Assembly: GCA_964188305.1 (NCBI GenBank) | Contig: OZ076893.1 | Source of the DNA: Podarcis bocagei | Taxonomy: Eukaryota | DNA: 64,000 nucleotides | Direction: 5' to 3' (one strand) | Part shown: positions 59,973 through 64,000 of the stretch, one piece after another | Numbering within the stretch: the first letter of the stretch is position 1 | How the letters are laid out: the number at the start of each line of letters is the position of its first letter | The notes under the pieces: generated by a model | What the model saw: only the letters and a program-made list of their open reading frames with translations | Database searches by the model: none | What the model was told of the DNA's origin: nothing | Program-made: the position numbers and the translations under genes

Positions 59973-62900
59973 ATACATTTGGAAACTGATATTCCTTGCA
60001 GGCGTTCCAATTTGAATAAAATATGGGGGGTCCAGGTAGGCCCCGCCCCACATAATCAATCACACAACTTGATGTGCACCCACCATTTGAATGGCAATAC
60101 CCTTCAACTTGGAGGGGGGAATCCCCCTCAAGTATTTTATGGGGGATCACAAAGCTCCCTCAGCCCCTAGGAGTTGGCTCCTATGATTCCTTGTTACACT
60201 TTCCCATATATTTAGTAGCAGAGAAGGGAAGGTGGACTCTGGGGGGTTGTTTTGTATATTAAAACTGTGTATAATCCATTGTGAAAGGATGTGTATTTAT
60301 ATGCTGATAGGGTTAGGGAGGGGAAGGTTCCTGATTTTTTAAAATAAAGGACAAGAGCATGAAGCTTTGACCAGATAATAATTTCTCCTATGTCCACTCT
60401 CATGCCATTAATACTGTTCCACATGGCTATTTTGTGCCAGGGGACTCTAGGAACTGTTATTTTTCCAAGACAACCAAGTCCTTTTTCTGGACATCAGTTG
60501 CCCTGGAAACCGCATGTTCCGGGACTCCTGGCACCAGTTCATGTTAGAGTTCCCAAGATCCCTGCTGTTTGGAACACTGCTGTGGCAGTATTTTAGAAGG
60601 TGCCAGGGAGAAAGGGAGTCTGGAACGCCTCTGCTCAGACCTCCCTGCTACCACTTTACTCATGCTGCCAGTGGCTCCATTCACCAAGCCAAGTAAGCGA
60701 GGAAAGGCTGGCAGGGCAGGATAGAGATTCAGATTTACTTCTAACTAGGACACTATTTTAGGGGACCATTGGCATGTGGGTTTTGTCAGCATCCAAACTT
60801 CAGATGCTCCACAGCCACAGTGCTGGTCTCTACACACAGGGATATGGGGAGGAGGGGAGAACTAGACTTGGTGCCTGTTTAAAGGCAAATCTACAGAATT
60901 CTCATTTCCTGATACAAAATGCAGTGTAATGCAGTTCTCCAACCAAGCAATGGGTACAAAAATGCATATACTAGGGATGCATATACAGGGATGAGGAAGC
61001 CCATCAGTTTTTCCCATTTGGCCCACAACACCGTTTCCCCCAAACCACAGCCTGGCCCATGGGGTGTGAAGTGGGGAGATAGAGATTTGACTCATCAGGC
61101 CGAAAAAGGTTCCCTAACCTCTGAGATAAAATGTGCATTTAAAATGCACATATGAGTGAAAATAACATACAAAAATTCATTATATTGGGGGGAATGGAAT
61201 ATAGAAAGTATATTGTTAGGATAAATTTGCCTTGAAATTCTGACAGATTTTCAGGAGAACTTTTTTTTAAAAAAAGGATTCACAAACTGATGTGGAAATG
61301 TGAAGAATTAAACTTAAGACTGGGAAAATGAGAAACTGGAGAGGAGCAAAATTAACAGATTTGCCCATCCCTATCTCCAATTCCTACTAGCCCATAACAT
61401 AGACTGGGCTGTTGCATGTGTGATGCAGAAATGTTGCACAGTTAAGAACTGCAGGAGGAAATTTCCCACAGGGCATTACTCAAGTATCTGTTTCCCCTGT
61501 TCCAAGGAAACAAAACAAAACAAAAAACAGGTACAGGTTTTTTTGGGGGGGGAGCCAAACTGCTGCCGACTGCGGTATTCCAGATATGTATGGGAAATCC
61601 CGGACATATGGCAACCCTAGGTATGACCACATGCTTAGTTGAAGCCAGCATATAAAAGTTCATGCTTTTAAATCACTGCTCAAGTTCTATTTTGCCCTTA
61701 GCAAAGTCAATGGTGGTAATATAATCTTCAGCAACAGGGGGAAGGCTAATTCCTTGAATCAGAAGGCTTGTTCATCCATAACAGGAGTTGTTATTAAATG
61801 GACTGTATGCACCCAGCTGAAAAATCTCTGCATATATTGTTTAAACTCTTAATGCCCGAATTCTTTTTAAATCTAACTATGTTGCCCATCTCCTCCTCCC
61901 TGGACAGTTGCAGATTTGGTCAGACCCATCACTCGACTAAGTACACGGAAAAGCTTTCTTTGCTTGGCAGTCGGAAAGCTGGAAAGCTGGTTTTGAAGTG
62001 CAAAGCTTGTGTACCTCCTTAAGTGTTGACGCCTGAAGGGGTGGGCTGGAGGAAACTGTGCAAGACATGATAATTAGAAAGTACTTAGCATAGTAAGCAC
62101 AACAACATTGTAATCGTCCAAGGGTTTCAACAATTTGGACTGATTTTCTATAGTATATAATTTACAGCAAAGACTGAATGGGGGGAATGTGCTTTCCTTG
62201 CCTTGTGATCTCTTTTATCCTCGTAGCTGCGGATCACCAAGCTAAAAAGACAAGTATTCAGATTCTAATTTGATCTAATGGAAGGGCAGCATCTGCAAAA
62301 AAGAAAAAGAAAAAATTTTAGAGACATTTTCACATTGTTGTCTGGATATGGTTTTGCTCTTTGGAATAGTTAATGCAGTATAAACACAACAGGAGCTTCA
62401 TGGGATCAGTCGGGTGAAGCAAAAGCATACAAGATATTTATGATGGGGAGAGTGGCAGTGGGATCTGCAGTCAGAGTGGCTCGCCACTGTTCAGTCTGCT
62501 CTATCTGGCAGGAGGGTGAGAGATGACCGAAAATGGGCATCATCTGCCATTGTCTCTCGCTTGTGGACCACCCACAAGGGAACACAAGAGATGCAGCTGT
62601 GAAGGCAGGTCTTGTGCAACATCTGCCCTATATAAAGGGTGGGCCTTGGGAGATGGATACACAGTTAGCTCAGAGTGCTACATATCGCAGGTGAGCCAGA
62701 GAAAACTAAGAAAAGGTGAAGAATATTTGGGCACCAGGGAAAGGGGGGGAGGCAACAGATAACCGATTCTGAAATTTCACTGATGCAACCCAGACATTAT
62801 ACTTTCTCTCAACAGCTTCAGGGATTCAAAAAATGCTCTCTTTTTTTAAGTATAAGAGAAGGCGACATTCTCACATTACTGCCTGCCCAATTATGGTGCT

Positions 62901-64000
62901 CCATATATAGTCCCTGCCTGGAATCCTGGAGAGAGATGCTGCCATTCAGAATAGATGGACCAATGGCCTGTCCTGGTGCAAGGCGTGTCCCTATCATGTG
63001 ATCAAATTCTTCTTCCCCTGTCCAACACTGTGATTGCCGGAACTAGTCTCTAGGCCAGTTCTGCTCTTTGAGTGCTACAAGAGAGTCCTGTTCAGAAGAA
63101 AAAACCCAAAACAAAAGAAGTGGTAAGTGGCCGAATGCAGCGAGAACTCGAGAAATGCTCTGTGCAATTTTAACCAGAAAATAATAATAATTAAAATGAA
63201 TTCTTTCTACAAACACATATGAGAAATAGCTCCGTGATGAAGGCTAAGTACAAAAGGTCTCGGCAGTTGCTGCTCCTAATAGGTTCTCATTTCCAATGGC
63301 CATTAAAAGCAACCATTACAGATACAAGTGCTCCTAGCTTAGTTAGGAAGGCTTTCATTTCAAAGATCTATTGTACATTGTATTATTCACTGGAGTGTTG
63401 GGAAAGAGGAAGGCCACAATGCAATGCAGTGTCAGCACAATTGACCTGAAAGCAATAAAAAGCTCAATCTTTCCTTTTAAGCTTTTGTTCCACTGCTACC
63501 ACCTTGCTGTTGGAAATGATTGATCAAAAATAAATCAAAAGGCCAAGCAGGTTGGGCGCTGAAGCTAACAAACACCGGTTCACAGCTTGGCGCCACACTA
63601 AATGGAGATCATGATTTGCATGCATATTTATATTTGTCACCGGGAGTTGTCGTGACTATAGATCAGTGGTGCCACAGCAAGCTCAGATTGCTCTGAATTT
63701 CTAGAGTGAATAGCAGAGCAATGCATTTTGCACGCATTTGCCCTGCATTGCTCACAGCGCACTCCGATTCATGTCTAGCAGCCAGCGGTAAGCCGCACTG
63801 AGTTCAATCAGACCTGCTCCCAGATAGTCTCAGTAGGAGTGGCAGAGAAAATGTGACTGCTCCACTGAAAACTCAAAAAAAAAAGGGGGGGTTCATGACA
63901 ACTGCCAAGGCATCATCTCCAGCAAGGTCTAAGGCATGGATTCAAGTCATGCATATTCAAAGCAAATACCCAATTCTAAATCAGGCAGGTAGTTCTCCCA

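Overview
This is vertebrate genomic DNA from a squamate reptile: Sauria SINEs and BovB LINEs are present, and a lacertid lizard is my guess. It is intergenic or deep intronic, and I can support no host protein-coding exon. The window is a mosaic of transposons: four 5'-truncated BovB fragments, five Sauria SINEs, other tRNA-derived SINEs, L2/CR1 remnants, about seven pogo/Tigger-type MITEs, several hAT MITEs with 8-bp TSDs, three solo LTRs, microsatellites and a 200-N gap. The main signal is two unrelated Penelope-like elements (PLEs), each carrying minimal hammerhead ribozyme motifs. The first is a young Penelope/Poseidon-type copy (33261-35016). It has an uninterrupted RT-thumb + GIY-YIG ORF, a ~190-codon C-terminal extension whose stop codon lies in a ribozyme loop, two tandem hammerheads 162 bp apart with a palindromic ACGU helix III, and an inverted, core-broken third copy. 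The second is a Neptune-type 3' fragment (about 7797-8181, minus strand) with its own hammerhead (AGCU helix III). Also notable is a composite hAT element (39956-41788, perfect 8-bp TSD). It carries a transposase remnant, a CR1 piece, a mariner-type end and a CpG-rich 119-bp minisatellite whose units each fold into a 26-bp hairpin. Family names come from pattern recognition, not database searches.
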